64,000 nucleotides of DNA, taken from a virus. Lineage: Duplodnaviria; Caudoviricetes. Every line of letters starts with the position of its first letter. Position 1 is the first letter of the stretch. The notes beneath the pieces were generated by a model. It was not told where the DNA came from and ran no database searches. It saw only the letters and a list, made by a program, of their open reading frames with translations. The translations under genes and the position numbers were made by a program. Positions 37,001-46,300 of this stretch are shown here, in pieces. The DNA lies in IMG/VR virus record IMGVR_UViG_3300014204_000141, positions 1-64,000 of that record; one strand, 5' to 3'.

Positions 37001-37188
37001 GGTTAAAAAATATAGCCATATCTATGGGGTCTAATGCTGAGACTAATCGGCAGACTGTATTACAAAGTGATAATACCGATTTAAGACGACAAATAGAGGA
37101 ATTAGTTAGGTCGATGCGAGCTGATATAAAGTCAGTTTCTGTTACACCGGCGATGCGCAATACAGTAACTATTATTAATACGGATTGA
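31027..37188 (+). CDS. giant tape-measure-like/ejected virion protein
   Basis: 2053 aa directly after the chaperones; Gly-rich hydrophobic segments; degenerate PD-(D/E)xK-like region. Confidence 0.6.
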   Translation: MGIAEQYTDPYERQKADQYGGKPQSGVGSVVGPLLKNVAVFWIAQQALKILLPAAGKVLGGIGREVGAFKLGGTPISERFVPAANYIKQLRTTFSPENMTRTFGKGEGDQLFKWKTDVEKSHTDWVKNWDRRRDELKSFRGSPDYFFKSLEQNSKAYLSYSRDRISSFWTSGHLSQRLAGKFLTAGPKYMENMAEFYFIDQSLQLFHKQPRGEKQPSLLNIPKQFQNYFKYSMEMLPIQLLIDSVGPVWGLAREGLVSAGSSIFNKLKFSKYAPKIIKPVDEFVGKLIATAEGLHEGYGSYKKLIKKRSDYVDKDFIRKNIGEARSAFLKKYNDKIRDFKDRRENPFYEITNLIKTVYGSEHIQGLPVRSKQKLRDKKSDVSKEYIRSKVDIIKEGMLWPYKDTHKSYWLRMFSAKKGIADNADLLNKLQSEIGGLNLGDKFLSEKRQILSEVKKLAKSGMPVLGKNFTNIGGDIVSTHNINPFTIGKRIWNYAEEHGPTIFGVNPLTALHVDTWLDPKATSFEYLKGDKDIIGINALNTERNKAFTSGLPTTGNKGYGYNVSESGELIFGESGGLKLGGQVFVGIQPKKGQMSYLRVYKNPYFNNTGTASGPRSLLSDVFKNMMGLLSTRYSNNSENFIRRVESLSTQDAIESLSKRPGVAKVINFLHADNLVKKIGSDWTPKNIINFWDLRGAIGNVHRVGEIAQGVFQKFHQPSTDIQVSPYFFRDMMGRGRRGGLSFSEQKSLLTTADTILATSNREFSEILKDNYTLSRNLYGKELPGTLEEMNVELKRLHDFSATAAKGNLIAQEYKRTGLEHIYQGIHTTHDLSLFSSPAGRANEKLSGREQLMELLLTEKFLQNGEKDFVKTFNDSVKTQVRTGVLSEDEAVHAQLWGVEKIFRNKTEGYGAIGIESQTKLEPITTDAIRFLKDYIEPISKAGIKNINPWTPVFDPGNISGTSLIDTSPSHLSLTPYVNSALTFNFKGKNVNTSAVDTISSAFAMRFQRLSSFVLGLDITKYKTGLNYLVGGVLKNRMMPAVVGLWGLDKINTFGFDMNPLLSGSSLDEGVDVFAAEKTIQARVGLAKAYDVLGITESAKYTEGLFPGLIDSPLMRGVRGALLPLIGGAKIGMSAGGPAGGLLGISVGLTLAGLQGFGTFDLTKSAAELKDIYSGREEVPVKSGRWWPISSTPFSGTRIKYFRPHGFARLKSKYRETPETYGSPLEQFLFAPIPVFGFNPLEMIFDSGHYEKRKMYSFPYPARSIPFEDVPIAGTILSAAVSPIWGGGKGYRNVDVENAIQGSSGGSGFGISQGGGGWAETASSSSLKFQPVSANSYGQMLDQSIYGVTEMIGLHGFIGQTLSEKLLGFQQPFDSQLVMANSGEMFSARRQYWDLNLGDPTGLGEIPRRFLPRQRNLNLYNPLTNAVPNWMPDEWKVGSSLAKIPEAEFLLSGEGYQSAHDVSIDFPYSAELLGLPPSEVARVMTGLYQRNGSKFSKNSLSRDNLSIKIMANMYDPRNNISGSSSSVISSGPGKMTEIIKNIEDMGQYSGVTNTDISETNFYLRQTGSPAGLLTYMYQGKPISSTPVKYSRERYEYDIEAVQKGRSIAKEMLDRGVGFSGEGYSYIDRLDILANTSPYSEEFHQVEGIVKKQIEHGADLQDRLDKIQRKRAAIMRSGDTYSYRFNIGKILTPDTTYNNTSMNTNIKAAADYTFTERMMASGWEMFAHSSNPISAKFMNIRSPLEAYQRDMIYGRQMKMWNHPLSHWADAYSRGFLSKTNPISGAVAGATAGTIAGGAGLGTFLGGVGGGIYGTVHGIYRSVTNTTYIPESIEKIRNTNEFFDVLKYTKNKMLYNETQNPEYELEAQNTMVGLTPDDLTAKGFSNFFRASGSQERPYLMQFLQEKDETERARILNYVPKNVGAILRAKWGKMDGVQVYVNRSADVTLPDQNWQGYNADVNLEDVKLKVVERQGADAHDYGLGFKDQQFRVQNQPWLKNIAISMGSNAETNRQTVLQSDNTDLRRQIEELVRSMRADIKSVSVTPAMRNTVTIINTD

Positions 37189-37197
37189 GGTGATATT

Positions 37198-40100
37198 GTG
37201 TTTGGACATAAAGATCGTAGGGAAGAAAAATCAGACGTTGATTTTGCTGTGACATGGATGAGTGTATTGCCGGCGTACTATGTTGCGTCACATTGGTTGA
37301 GAAAACGTAGTCCTACAAAGCAAACACCTACACTAAAAACGTTTTTTCCCGAGATTTACCAAAGAGTTGGCGAACGCATAAAAGGCGCATTTGTTCCTAA
37401 ACGACTTCAGACTGCCATGACTGTTGATGATTGTTTTGATGCGCTGCAACGTTTTCAGGATGAAGCTAAAGATAAACACCTTATGGCTTTGGCGTCTGAT
37501 CAAGAAAAAGCTATTAAAACAATTGAAAAATTTATTCAAGTCAGAGAAAAAATAGGTGCGATAATTACACCACAAGAAATCAGAGACAGGTTAGCAAAAT
37601 TACAGGAAACCAATCCCTTCGCATATGATAAGATTTGTGAAATTGCTTCATATGATACACTCACACACGGGAAAGTTGAAATACGGGATGTTGTTAGTAA
37701 AATGGAAGGCCAAGGGTTAGATGTAATTACTAACAGTCTTTCTTCTATGACTTCGGATTTGAAGTTTCTTTTAGATTCTCTGCCTATGCGGTCTAAGTTG
37801 TATAATGATTATGTTAAGAAAAAAATTGATGATCCGTTACTGACATTTGATCAGTTTTTAAAAACAAATCCTGATGTTGAAGAAGTTAAAATCTTGAATT
37901 CGGAATTAGACAAAATAAAAAAAGATAAAGTGTTTTTTTCTAAACAACCAATTACACCACCGAATTTTTTGCAGACGCCAATAAAAGACGCTAATGTTAA
38001 GAATAGAGTTCAACTTCGAGATTTTCTTGATGGTATGTTTAAAAATGTTAATACTTTTGTCGATGGTATGTATGGCAAAACAAGCAACTTTGCTTCTAAA
38101 ATGGGGTTTAAGACGCATATTAAAACGCCTATTAATACAGTCGTCCAAAAAATTAATTCTTTTCGCGCCGATACCGGTGGACGTGTTAAAGGAAAATGGC
38201 ATGTTAAAGGCGATATAATGCTTAAACAAGGAAGTATTAAAACTTTAAGATATACTGACGGATTTTCTATAAACTTTTCTATAGAATTTGCGGATAAATC
38301 CGGCGTATCTCGCAATATTGACATTGCCATTCCTTTAGACATAGACATGTATGGAAGATATGGCGATAAAATGCATCCTGATATTCCCGGTGTTTTGGCG
38401 GATAAATGCATTATGATTGAAGAGAATTTAGAACGAATAGTTAATGGTCATATATCACCATATGCGGCAGGATTAAAACAGATAACTGACACCACAATTA
38501 TTGGTTCGATGATAAATAAAGATTTTCAAAAATTAATGGACAGATCCGTAGGTCAATTTATCGCGGTTTCGACACCAGAACGCCAAATTCGTTTCGCTGC
38601 ACTTAAAGCCAATACTATGTATAAGACATTTGGCGAGCGTTTGAATCCAGGTATAGAAGCTATAGCCAAAATCAACAATTCTACTGTTTTAAAATTTGTT
38701 AAGTCTTCACATAGTGGTATAGGTACAAGTATTGTCACTGTTGTGTCGGAGAAAGGTAAATGGCGAGTTGATAAAGTAGAAAAATACCAAGGCGGCGGCG
38801 CAAATATAGACCGGAATATAACTAAAGACACAATTTTTATTACCTCACGCGGTCAACGCGATATGTTTAAAATTAAAGAAATTTATGGTAAACAAATTGC
38901 CGCCGAAGGTAAGAATGTTATACACTTATCAGACATATCTAAAGCCGATCCCACATCATCATTACTGAATATTGACAACACCATATCTTCGCCTTTGGAT
39001 GCATATGTAGGTAAGACATCAAGACTAACTAAGTACATCAAAACACATTATAAAAAACAATCACAAATCATAGAAGATTTTATTCAAACTGCAAATATGG
39101 ATATAACAGATTTTAAAATAACTACAATTCCTAAAGATGTGATGTCATTTATTCTCTACACACAAGCTGCAGCGCAAGGTGTTTTTTCCGGGGCCAAAAC
39201 TAAAACTGAAATAGTAGATATATTGGATGGTATAGTTATTAATAATAGATTTAGTGGTGAATCCGTTCATCTCAGTATTGGTGCAGTTACACCATCGGCT
39301 ATGGGAAAGGGTGGACGAACATTTGAAGCAGTGCCAAATATTAATGTTTTATTACCAAGATCGGGTCAGAAAGCTCATGCGTTGAAAATTAATAACTTTA
39401 ATCCTTTATTTGGTCATCACGATTTTAATGTTTCTAATATAAAAAAAGGATTTAAACTTTCAACGCCATATTTAAGAGAATTAAAAGATATTAATGATAT
39501 GTCAGTCTCGATAAATGTTGTGGCTGGTATTGGTGACACCGAGGCAAGTGCTATTATTAATGATAAAATTCGCAATCTTCAAACACAAACACCAGTTTTG
39601 GGAACGCTTACAGTAGATAGGTTTTCACTTAATGTTGCTTCCGATATTAATGGTAATACTGAACTATTAAAAAATAGAATATTTAAACATGGTGATGTTA
39701 TAGGTTATGATGCTGTGAATCGCCCGATAAAAAACGAATACGGTTTGATTCAAATAACTGATGCTAGGTCTGGCCCCGGTGGTATGGAATTATCGTTTCA
39801 TGTCCTATCTTCACCATCTTATGGTCTCATAGTGGACACGGGTCAGAAATTATCATTTAAAAGAGGTGAAATAGGGAACGAGTTTGTTGATATGGTGGCG
39901 GGAAAGGGTATACCAGCCAATAACCCCATCGCGCAGTCTCTGTCATTTCTTAACACGTTGAATTTTCGTGGTGGCGGTGGTTATTTAAAAACCGCTATCG
40001 ACAAAAAAGCAAATTTGCGGCGCTATATTCAATATGAACAAGCCGGCGGCGAGTTTGTTTTTAAAGTAAATGACAGGGAATTGCTTAAGACCGAATTAGG

Positions 40101-43100
40101 CGGAATTTCTCAAAATATGAATTTTGATCGTAAGTCATTTTTTCAGGAAATAAGAAATGTATTTACTGAAAATGGTTTGACCATGGGCCGAGCGATGCGT
40201 ATGGATCAAGGGTATATTAATAATAATGGTGATATTTTGAGTTTGAGAAGCATCAAGAATGACATCAGAGAACGAATAAAAATGTTGGTTGATATTTACA
40301 GTAAAGACAAAGCCACACCAAGAAAAGAAGGTGTTAATTATTTGGCGCGTTGGATTGGCGATGTCACGACTCTACCTGATAAATTATCAACTTTAATTCA
40401 AAAATTAAATGGTATTGAAAACGGCAGTTACTCCGAACAGAGAAAGGTAATTGATGAAGTTTTACAATTTTTTGATCCCATTCCATCGTTTTTAGAAAAA
40501 ACAAACTATGGATGGGGTATAGCTACAAAACAAAAGATGTTAATTCAACCCGCGACTATGGAAGATACTGTAATAAACAATTGGGGTTATAAACGATTTA
40601 GTTTCAACACATTTGAAACACTGCGTTTATATGAAGGTGGTAGTGCTGTAGATGAGTACATGCACAATAAACTCTACAAAAACAATGAACAATTATTTGG
40701 CCGTATTATCAGGCAAAATAAAATATTCAGTCTTAGTACCGAAATAATGGAAGTTGAAGCTGCCAAAAACAGAAATATTTTGAATTTGCGGAAAGTCATG
40801 CAATCTCAGGACTTAGTTAGATCAAAAATAGACAGGTTGTTGGATGCTATGATCAATCCCAAAATCCAAGAAAAATATGATGAGTTGATTAAACGTGGTG
40901 CCGTACTTGTAGAAAAACGTGGTCTTGCGCACGTTGCTATCAAACCCCGAGATATAGATAAATACAAAGAAGAGGGTTGGACTGTCAAAGAACTGACTAT
41001 GACAAATATGCCCGATACAGAAAAATTGAAATTAGCGAGAATTATTCCAAATGAGTATGCTGAATTTTTTATAAAAAATCCAATATCGGGATGGATTGGG
41101 GTTGATAAGAATGTAGATGTTGCCGACATTTCTGGTAAAATGCAGAAACTGCGTACTCTTTTTATGGAAGGCGGTGATATTATTCCCGTTGAGGGCACTA
41201 AAGGACGTTTGGCATTTATTGGAGACGGTTCTACAGCAATATTGAATTTGATGAATAAGATTCGGGCAAGTATTGAACCAACGACAAGAGAATGGGTAAT
41301 CGCGCATGAAAGAATGATGAAATCTGCGGGTGATATTGCGCCAGCATCGCGATACATCACCGCACCCGGTATGAGTTTAACTCTTAGACCTGGGGCTGCA
41401 TATTTAGGCGGAAAGACATTTAACCCATCAACTACTACTATGGCTTTGGAAATGTTGGTAAGTAATGAAGGTTTTGCTTCTGCTAAAAACTTAATTAGAG
41501 ATGAATTTTGGAGTATGAGTCCAGAACAACAAAAAACATTTTTGGATAGTAAATACAAGTATGCTATGGATCATTTCAATTTTACCAAAACCGAACAAAA
41601 TTTATTACCAAATCAACAAAAATTGACAATGCACCCTCTTATAGAATCTATAGATCGATTAAAACAAAATGAATTTATAAATGACATGCGCATTTTAAAA
41701 CGCGAACTTAATTCTGGTCACATTGATAGTGCTTTTGACATGTATTTATCTAATGTTGAAAAAGGATTTTTGTCAGTGTCAGCTTTGGGAAGTAAATCTC
41801 CTCACTCTGAAAAAACAGGCGCTGTTTTTGGTGAGTTGTTTTTTAGAGAAGGTGTATCTAAAGGAACAGTTGCTATATCTCCATATCTTAGATATGCGTT
41901 TAAAAAAGACTTCGATTCTGATGAACTGCAAATAATTTTAGGGCAAGAAATGGGTTTAAAAGCAACGAAAATAAACGAAATAGGTATGTATCATAAGACA
42001 CCCTATCTCTTGCTTGCTAATGAATTAGAAACATTTGCTAATCCTGAAGCTAAAGCAGCGTTGAAAAAAGGTGAAGTTTTTGTTTATAATACAAAAAAAC
42101 GGACTTTTGAGTTTATGAAGGCCTCAACCTACACCGGAAGCCTTAGTGAATATGCCGTAGAAATGCCCGATGCTATGGAAATGGCTAGACGTGCTTTTGG
42201 TATTAAAGAAGGCGCACCCAAAGCACATAAAGTATCACGAACTGTTTATGCTGAGATGGGATTAGAATATGAAAGACTTCGCACCAAACACCCTAAACTC
42301 GATGATGCTTTAAGAAGTAGTGAAGATGAGTTAACAAAACAAATTTTATTGGTGACGGAATTACCACTAAAAGCAAAAAATGCTAAACAGTATTTTGATA
42401 TGAGTGCTTTAGAACAAATTATTGAAAATATAACCGATGAAAAAACATATAGAAAATTAGAAAATAATATAGGTAAAGGTCAATTTCCGGGTCTAGAGTC
42501 TTGGATAGAACAAAATATAAAAGTGGAAGATCATATGTTGTTAGGTGCATGGGCTAAAGCTGGTCGTATAATACCTAATAATGGCATGATTTCTCAACTT
42601 GAATTATATAGAGGCGCTAAATTTGGTGTAAAAGAAGATAAAAATATTCGTTATTTAACTGATTATCTTAAAAAAGAAAAATTTGCGAATTTATCTAAAA
42701 ATGTATTGCAAGGCAATATACCGATTCAGGACCTACCTTCTGAGTTAGCGCGAATGTTTCAGGAAGGCGTAGAGAGTATGAAACCGCCTCGAAATAGTAT
42801 GGGTTTAGCATTTAGAGAGACAATGGGTAAGAACATGGCAGAAGATGCCAGCAAATACGCCAGGGGTGGGTTGAAGGTTGTAGGGGGGTTGTTGTTAGCA
42901 TCAATGTTTTTTCCCAATCAGAGCAGGTTTTTGGGTCACATGCCGGGCCGAGGCGGAGAATATTACGATTGGAGTTTTACTAAAGATGAATCAAAATGGC
43001 AACAGCAAATGGAGTCACCGCTGAATGCCGATAATGGATTTTCGCAACCCGATACCCATATCACACTTTTTGACCCCATGGAAAGTGAAAGGCAGACGCG

Positions 43101-43188
43101 TGTATACGCGCGAAAAACAAAATTTTTAAGACCTGTGTATAAAAGTCAGGATCGTATAGGTCATAAGTCTTCAACGTTTAACTTTTAA
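37198..43188 (+). CDS. putative single-chain two-barrel (DPBB) virion RNA polymerase
   Basis: Ordered beta-like motifs (GDTEASAII, GDVIG, GQK, VDMV), then beta'-like motifs (RYITAPGMSL, GSKSPH, ISP...AFKKDFDSDEL). Confidence 0.68.
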   Translation: MFGHKDRREEKSDVDFAVTWMSVLPAYYVASHWLRKRSPTKQTPTLKTFFPEIYQRVGERIKGAFVPKRLQTAMTVDDCFDALQRFQDEAKDKHLMALASDQEKAIKTIEKFIQVREKIGAIITPQEIRDRLAKLQETNPFAYDKICEIASYDTLTHGKVEIRDVVSKMEGQGLDVITNSLSSMTSDLKFLLDSLPMRSKLYNDYVKKKIDDPLLTFDQFLKTNPDVEEVKILNSELDKIKKDKVFFSKQPITPPNFLQTPIKDANVKNRVQLRDFLDGMFKNVNTFVDGMYGKTSNFASKMGFKTHIKTPINTVVQKINSFRADTGGRVKGKWHVKGDIMLKQGSIKTLRYTDGFSINFSIEFADKSGVSRNIDIAIPLDIDMYGRYGDKMHPDIPGVLADKCIMIEENLERIVNGHISPYAAGLKQITDTTIIGSMINKDFQKLMDRSVGQFIAVSTPERQIRFAALKANTMYKTFGERLNPGIEAIAKINNSTVLKFVKSSHSGIGTSIVTVVSEKGKWRVDKVEKYQGGGANIDRNITKDTIFITSRGQRDMFKIKEIYGKQIAAEGKNVIHLSDISKADPTSSLLNIDNTISSPLDAYVGKTSRLTKYIKTHYKKQSQIIEDFIQTANMDITDFKITTIPKDVMSFILYTQAAAQGVFSGAKTKTEIVDILDGIVINNRFSGESVHLSIGAVTPSAMGKGGRTFEAVPNINVLLPRSGQKAHALKINNFNPLFGHHDFNVSNIKKGFKLSTPYLRELKDINDMSVSINVVAGIGDTEASAIINDKIRNLQTQTPVLGTLTVDRFSLNVASDINGNTELLKNRIFKHGDVIGYDAVNRPIKNEYGLIQITDARSGPGGMELSFHVLSSPSYGLIVDTGQKLSFKRGEIGNEFVDMVAGKGIPANNPIAQSLSFLNTLNFRGGGGYLKTAIDKKANLRRYIQYEQAGGEFVFKVNDRELLKTELGGISQNMNFDRKSFFQEIRNVFTENGLTMGRAMRMDQGYINNNGDILSLRSIKNDIRERIKMLVDIYSKDKATPRKEGVNYLARWIGDVTTLPDKLSTLIQKLNGIENGSYSEQRKVIDEVLQFFDPIPSFLEKTNYGWGIATKQKMLIQPATMEDTVINNWGYKRFSFNTFETLRLYEGGSAVDEYMHNKLYKNNEQLFGRIIRQNKIFSLSTEIMEVEAAKNRNILNLRKVMQSQDLVRSKIDRLLDAMINPKIQEKYDELIKRGAVLVEKRGLAHVAIKPRDIDKYKEEGWTVKELTMTNMPDTEKLKLARIIPNEYAEFFIKNPISGWIGVDKNVDVADISGKMQKLRTLFMEGGDIIPVEGTKGRLAFIGDGSTAILNLMNKIRASIEPTTREWVIAHERMMKSAGDIAPASRYITAPGMSLTLRPGAAYLGGKTFNPSTTTMALEMLVSNEGFASAKNLIRDEFWSMSPEQQKTFLDSKYKYAMDHFNFTKTEQNLLPNQQKLTMHPLIESIDRLKQNEFINDMRILKRELNSGHIDSAFDMYLSNVEKGFLSVSALGSKSPHSEKTGAVFGELFFREGVSKGTVAISPYLRYAFKKDFDSDELQIILGQEMGLKATKINEIGMYHKTPYLLLANELETFANPEAKAALKKGEVFVYNTKKRTFEFMKASTYTGSLSEYAVEMPDAMEMARRAFGIKEGAPKAHKVSRTVYAEMGLEYERLRTKHPKLDDALRSSEDELTKQILLVTELPLKAKNAKQYFDMSALEQIIENITDEKTYRKLENNIGKGQFPGLESWIEQNIKVEDHMLLGAWAKAGRIIPNNGMISQLELYRGAKFGVKEDKNIRYLTDYLKKEKFANLSKNVLQGNIPIQDLPSELARMFQEGVESMKPPRNSMGLAFRETMGKNMAEDASKYARGGLKVVGGLLLASMFFPNQSRFLGHMPGRGGEYYDWSFTKDESKWQQQMESPLNADNGFSQPDTHITLFDPMESERQTRVYARKTKFLRPVYKSQDRIGHKSSTFNF

Positions 43189-43212
43189 CGGACTTTAAGT
43201 ATATAATATAAC

Positions 43213-43395
43213 ATGGGATTTAATATAGTTATAAGAGTGTCATATAAAGGTGATATTAATAATTTGTCAAAAGCTATTAAACAAATGATTGAATCCAATA
43301 CTGGTGCGGGCGCACAGTTTTTGGTTTATGATCAGAGAACTAAAATGATTAAACAAAAAAATAATACGGAAGAAATATATAGGAAGTTAAAATAA
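43213..43395 (+). CDS. small hypothetical protein
   Basis: 60 aa; TATAAT directly upstream; TAATG-coupled to the next gene. Confidence 0.6.
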   Translation: MGFNIVIRVSYKGDINNLSKAIKQMIESNTGAGAQFLVYDQRTKMIKQKNNTEEIYRKLK

Positions 43396-46300
43396 TGGTT
43401 GCTAAGACAACAGTAGAAAACCCAGGTTTTGCTTTGGCGTCTGCTAATACACTAAATACATACGCTGGTTTCATTAGTACCATGGAAGATGTTTATGTTG
43501 CTAATGGTATGGTTTCGGCTGTTAAAGGCACAACATTTTCTGTAAAACTCAGTCATCGCAATGAACCTATTAAAATTACCCTTGATGGGGTTAGTTCTGA
43601 GATTGATTTGTCATCTAAATTTGCACAATACATAGGTCAAACTGTAACTGTTTTAGTTAAAAAAGATGTGTATAAAACAGGTGTTTTATTTTTACCCGAG
43701 AGAGAGTGTATTAACGATGATGCAATAACAAAAAATGGGGCTGGACTTATACCATCACAGAATTCACTGTTTAAAAAGGCATATTTATCAGCAAAACGGA
43801 CTGAGGTAAGCACTGGAATTTCCAAATATGAGAAAGATGGATGGGTTGATGAAAGTGGTAAGTCCAAACCCGGAGCCTGCCAAATAGGGTTTTTGTGGTT
43901 ATACGTCCCTCCGCAAGACATTAAGTGTATTCACGCTAATGTCAATCAAACCATATCCACTATTAGAACACCCGGTAATCCCAAACTAAAAACCGGTCAA
44001 GAAGAGATGCGTATTGAAATGTCTCTTATTTTTCCCTCTCTTGATGATATAAATAGAAGACTCAGACCCCTAATAGCCCAATTTATACGTTCACCGTTTC
44101 TTCCCATTGAGAATGAACATATAAGAGGATTTGCGTATCCCGATGTACAGTGGTCAATGAAGGGCTCAGGAAACACCAATTTTAATCAAAAAGAAAGAAG
44201 TGTAGATATTAACAATCCCGACAGTTTTATCAATGAGACCACAGAATATCAAAAGAAAATAAATAAAGCTGTTACCACTCAATCTAAAAATACTGAAACT
44301 AATATTGATGAAAATAGCAAAGACATGGAATTGTATAGGGAAGCCGTTAAAACTCTTACCGAACTCAAAACTGAACTCAATGGCTATTTTAAATCAAAAA
44401 AACTCACAAATTCTATTAGTTTGTATGATAGGTTACTTATCATACCACCAAAATTAGATGTGTGTGAAATGAGTAACAGTATTTCCGAGTATAAACTTGT
44501 AACAACAAATTTTAAAACATTTCTTAAAAATTATGGAAGTAAAACAGCAAAAGATGTAAAAAACCAAATTTTGGTATTATTAAATTGTATTTCGTCTTCA
44601 CTTAGTCACTATAATGATATTTTAAAAGGTTTGAACATAAAATCAAAAAACTTCATAAAAAATATACAAACAAAAGAACAAATTAAAAACAAATATACTA
44701 AACATGCTGGTGATATGTACGCGGATAATACACTTGTAGTAGCTTTGCGTGACCTGACGTTATCGACAATGCCAGGTTATCCTGAAGCTCTACAGTGCCA
44801 TTTAGTTCTGACAATTTTTAATTATGATCCATATTCAAGGGATTTTGCATTTTTAGGGGATTTTGATAGTGTTGTTCGTCAAATTGAATGTATATCTCAG
44901 ACTCGAAATATGAGGTATCCAGATTTTGAAGATAATCTCATAAAAAATGATAAACCTGTTTTAGCGCCACTAGATCAACAGGAAATGCAAATAACTCATA
45001 ATATAAGTGAATGCATGCCTTTTATTGAATATGTTGCGCCATTGCTGACTGGTAAAGGTACAGACATTACATGTAACCCTAAATTTAATTTAAGAGATAA
45101 ACCTTCTGCAACTATAAGTGAACGTACAATTCGTTTTGCCGCACCATCAAATTATCTCCATTCTATTTCTCAAGCTGAAGCATTTCAGCGATTTGATTTG
45201 CGGTATGAAATGACAGAAAATAACATAGAATATCAGGCTTTACTGGATTCAATAGTTAGTAGAACCAGTAGTGAACTCTATGCTGAGTTATTGTCACGGC
45301 TTCAACAATCATATAGTCTTACACAAGTCGGTATGGATTCATTGTTTGAATTTGTCAAGATATTTTATAGTTATTGTTCATTTCAATGGTTGAGTACACA
45401 AAAAGAAGTAATGCTAGAGGGTTTGTCAAGTAGTGATGTTAAGGTTGATTTTATTATAAATCCTTTTTATAAGGGTATGCCAGAGACCTTTACAACTGTT
45501 GGTAAACTCTATGCGTGGTTACAAACACATGGTTACGCCGATGTTTTAGAAAGTGCAAAAACAGCTATTGAGTTACAGACACGATCTAATAGGGGTTTGC
45601 AGAACATATATAATTTTTCTATTAGAAATTCTCGCGATTTAGTTATTAACGGTATCACGGCTTCATATAGTACAAAACTTGCTACGGTTCCGGTTGTTGG
45701 ATACAGAATACCAACTCTACAGTATATGGGTCGAAATGATTGGTATATTAATATTAACCTTCAGACATCAAATTTTTTCTTTATTCGCGCTTTTAGAAGT
45801 TTAATGGAAATTGCGGCCAGGAGCAGAATATTAAGAAACAAAACACAGAAAATGTATTTTATCGCCGAATCCAACGCCGCAGAATTTAGTCCCGAACTTT
45901 CTGAGAATACTGTAGATCCCTCTAATGGACTTACAGCGTTTTTAGGTATAAGAAATGTTCTTTTTGATAATTGCACATACGAAACAATTAAAGATAAACC
46001 GGGTTGGTGGAATGTAAATATTACTATGGTTCAGGCAGATCTACCACTTCTAAGTTATGAAAGTCTTTTGCCTATGAATCAGTACGATGCCGGTGTCTTA
46101 CAAGATATAGATTTGAATTTGAAAAAAATGACGCAGAAGTTTAGACGCAATCAAGAAGACCCGGCAACGTTTCGATATAAATATTTTTATCCCGCAATAA
46201 CGTCTTTTGTGAAAGGGTATTTAAAATATGTTTTGGGTGATATCGATAGTGCCGAATCCTTGATATCGGATTTAGGCGATGGAAATCTTCTTGATAAAGT

